Below, piece after piece: positions 63,947 to 64,000 of a stretch of DNA of 64,000 nucleotides. Both the position numbers and the translations under genes were made by a program. The notes beneath the pieces were generated by a model, which was not told where the DNA came from, ran no database searches, and saw only the letters and a list, made by a program, of their open reading frames with translations. Position 1 is the first letter of the stretch, and the number at the start of each line of letters is the position of its first letter. The stretch is from NCBI GenBank assembly GCA_014730005.1, contig WJIY01000015.1:15157-79156 (forward strand). The letters are read 5' to 3'. This DNA comes from Candidatus Babelota bacterium (lineage in GTDB: Bacteria; Babelota; Babeliae; Babelales; UASB340).

Positions 63947-64000
63947 AATGGTTAGACCTTTTAAAAAAAGATTTTTACAATCAACGCCAAATGCAACATA
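63947..64000 (+). CDS. DUF134-like protein, N-terminal 18 codons (continues beyond window)
   Basis: The ATG 2 nt after the DUF5320 stop gives MVRPFKKRFLQSTPNAT, resembling the DUF134 opening M.RP.K.R.....P. DUF134 and DUF5320 genes are commonly adjacent (recalled, not searched). Confidence 0.35.

Noticed and set aside
1-64000. CRISPR arrays, rRNA genes, intact IS/prophage/integrase genes, alternative genetic code
   Set aside because: There is no series of regularly spaced direct repeats and no rRNA-like conserved stretches. The only transposase signal is the decayed relic at 55338-55745. Long ORFs are intact under the standard code, with TGA, TAA and TAG all used as stops (e.g. ATGA overlap at 19134), so no recoding is indicated.

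Overview
Strongly AT-rich (by eye about 70% A+T, not computed), densely packed bacterial chromosomal segment. I call about 62 protein-coding genes, 4 tRNAs, two decayed genes, no rRNA, no CRISPR array and no intact mobile element. The tRNAs are Lys-CTT, Leu-TAG, a CAT-anticodon Met/Ile2, and a Leu whose canonical fold gives an unusual AAG anticodon. Housekeeping genes: yicC, yebC, ruvB, a tig-like gene, rpmH-rnpA-yidD, rsmG, plsY, secD, serS, hemW, nfo, thyX, dcd, a UvrD/PcrA helicase, glmM, tlyA, pssA and grpE. Envelope genes (GT9 heptosyltransferase, hldE, LptF/G permease, TolC) indicate a diderm with heptose-containing LPS. Between these lie many orphan ORFs with signal-peptide-like N-termini and two eukaryote-like domain proteins (ankyrin repeats at 6664-7620, an F-box at 42588-43583). 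By inference this fits an obligately host-associated, Dependentiae/TM6-like or similar lineage. I cannot prove a single new system from sequence alone. The best candidates are: (1) a tandem array of three paralogous secreted coiled-coil proteins (29771-33354), where one full-length gene sits next to a split copy carrying a 93-bp near-perfect tandem repeat; (2) a TolC-linked ABC efflux locus with two adaptors, two FtsX permeases and one ATPase (12475-20360); (3) a eukaryote/archaeal-type ATP-dependent DNA ligase with a poly-Lys tail; (4) a 950-bp decay zone with a multiply frameshifted DDE transposase relic and a frameshifted zinc-ribbon pseudogene; (5) AdoMet decarboxylase and DUF5320 homologues with unexpected export-type N-terminal extensions; (6) a His-rich leader-like sORF fused to a terminator upstream of a symporter; and (7) a perfect 50-bp palindrome. 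Functional calls rest on motifs I recognise in the supplied translations. No database search was run.
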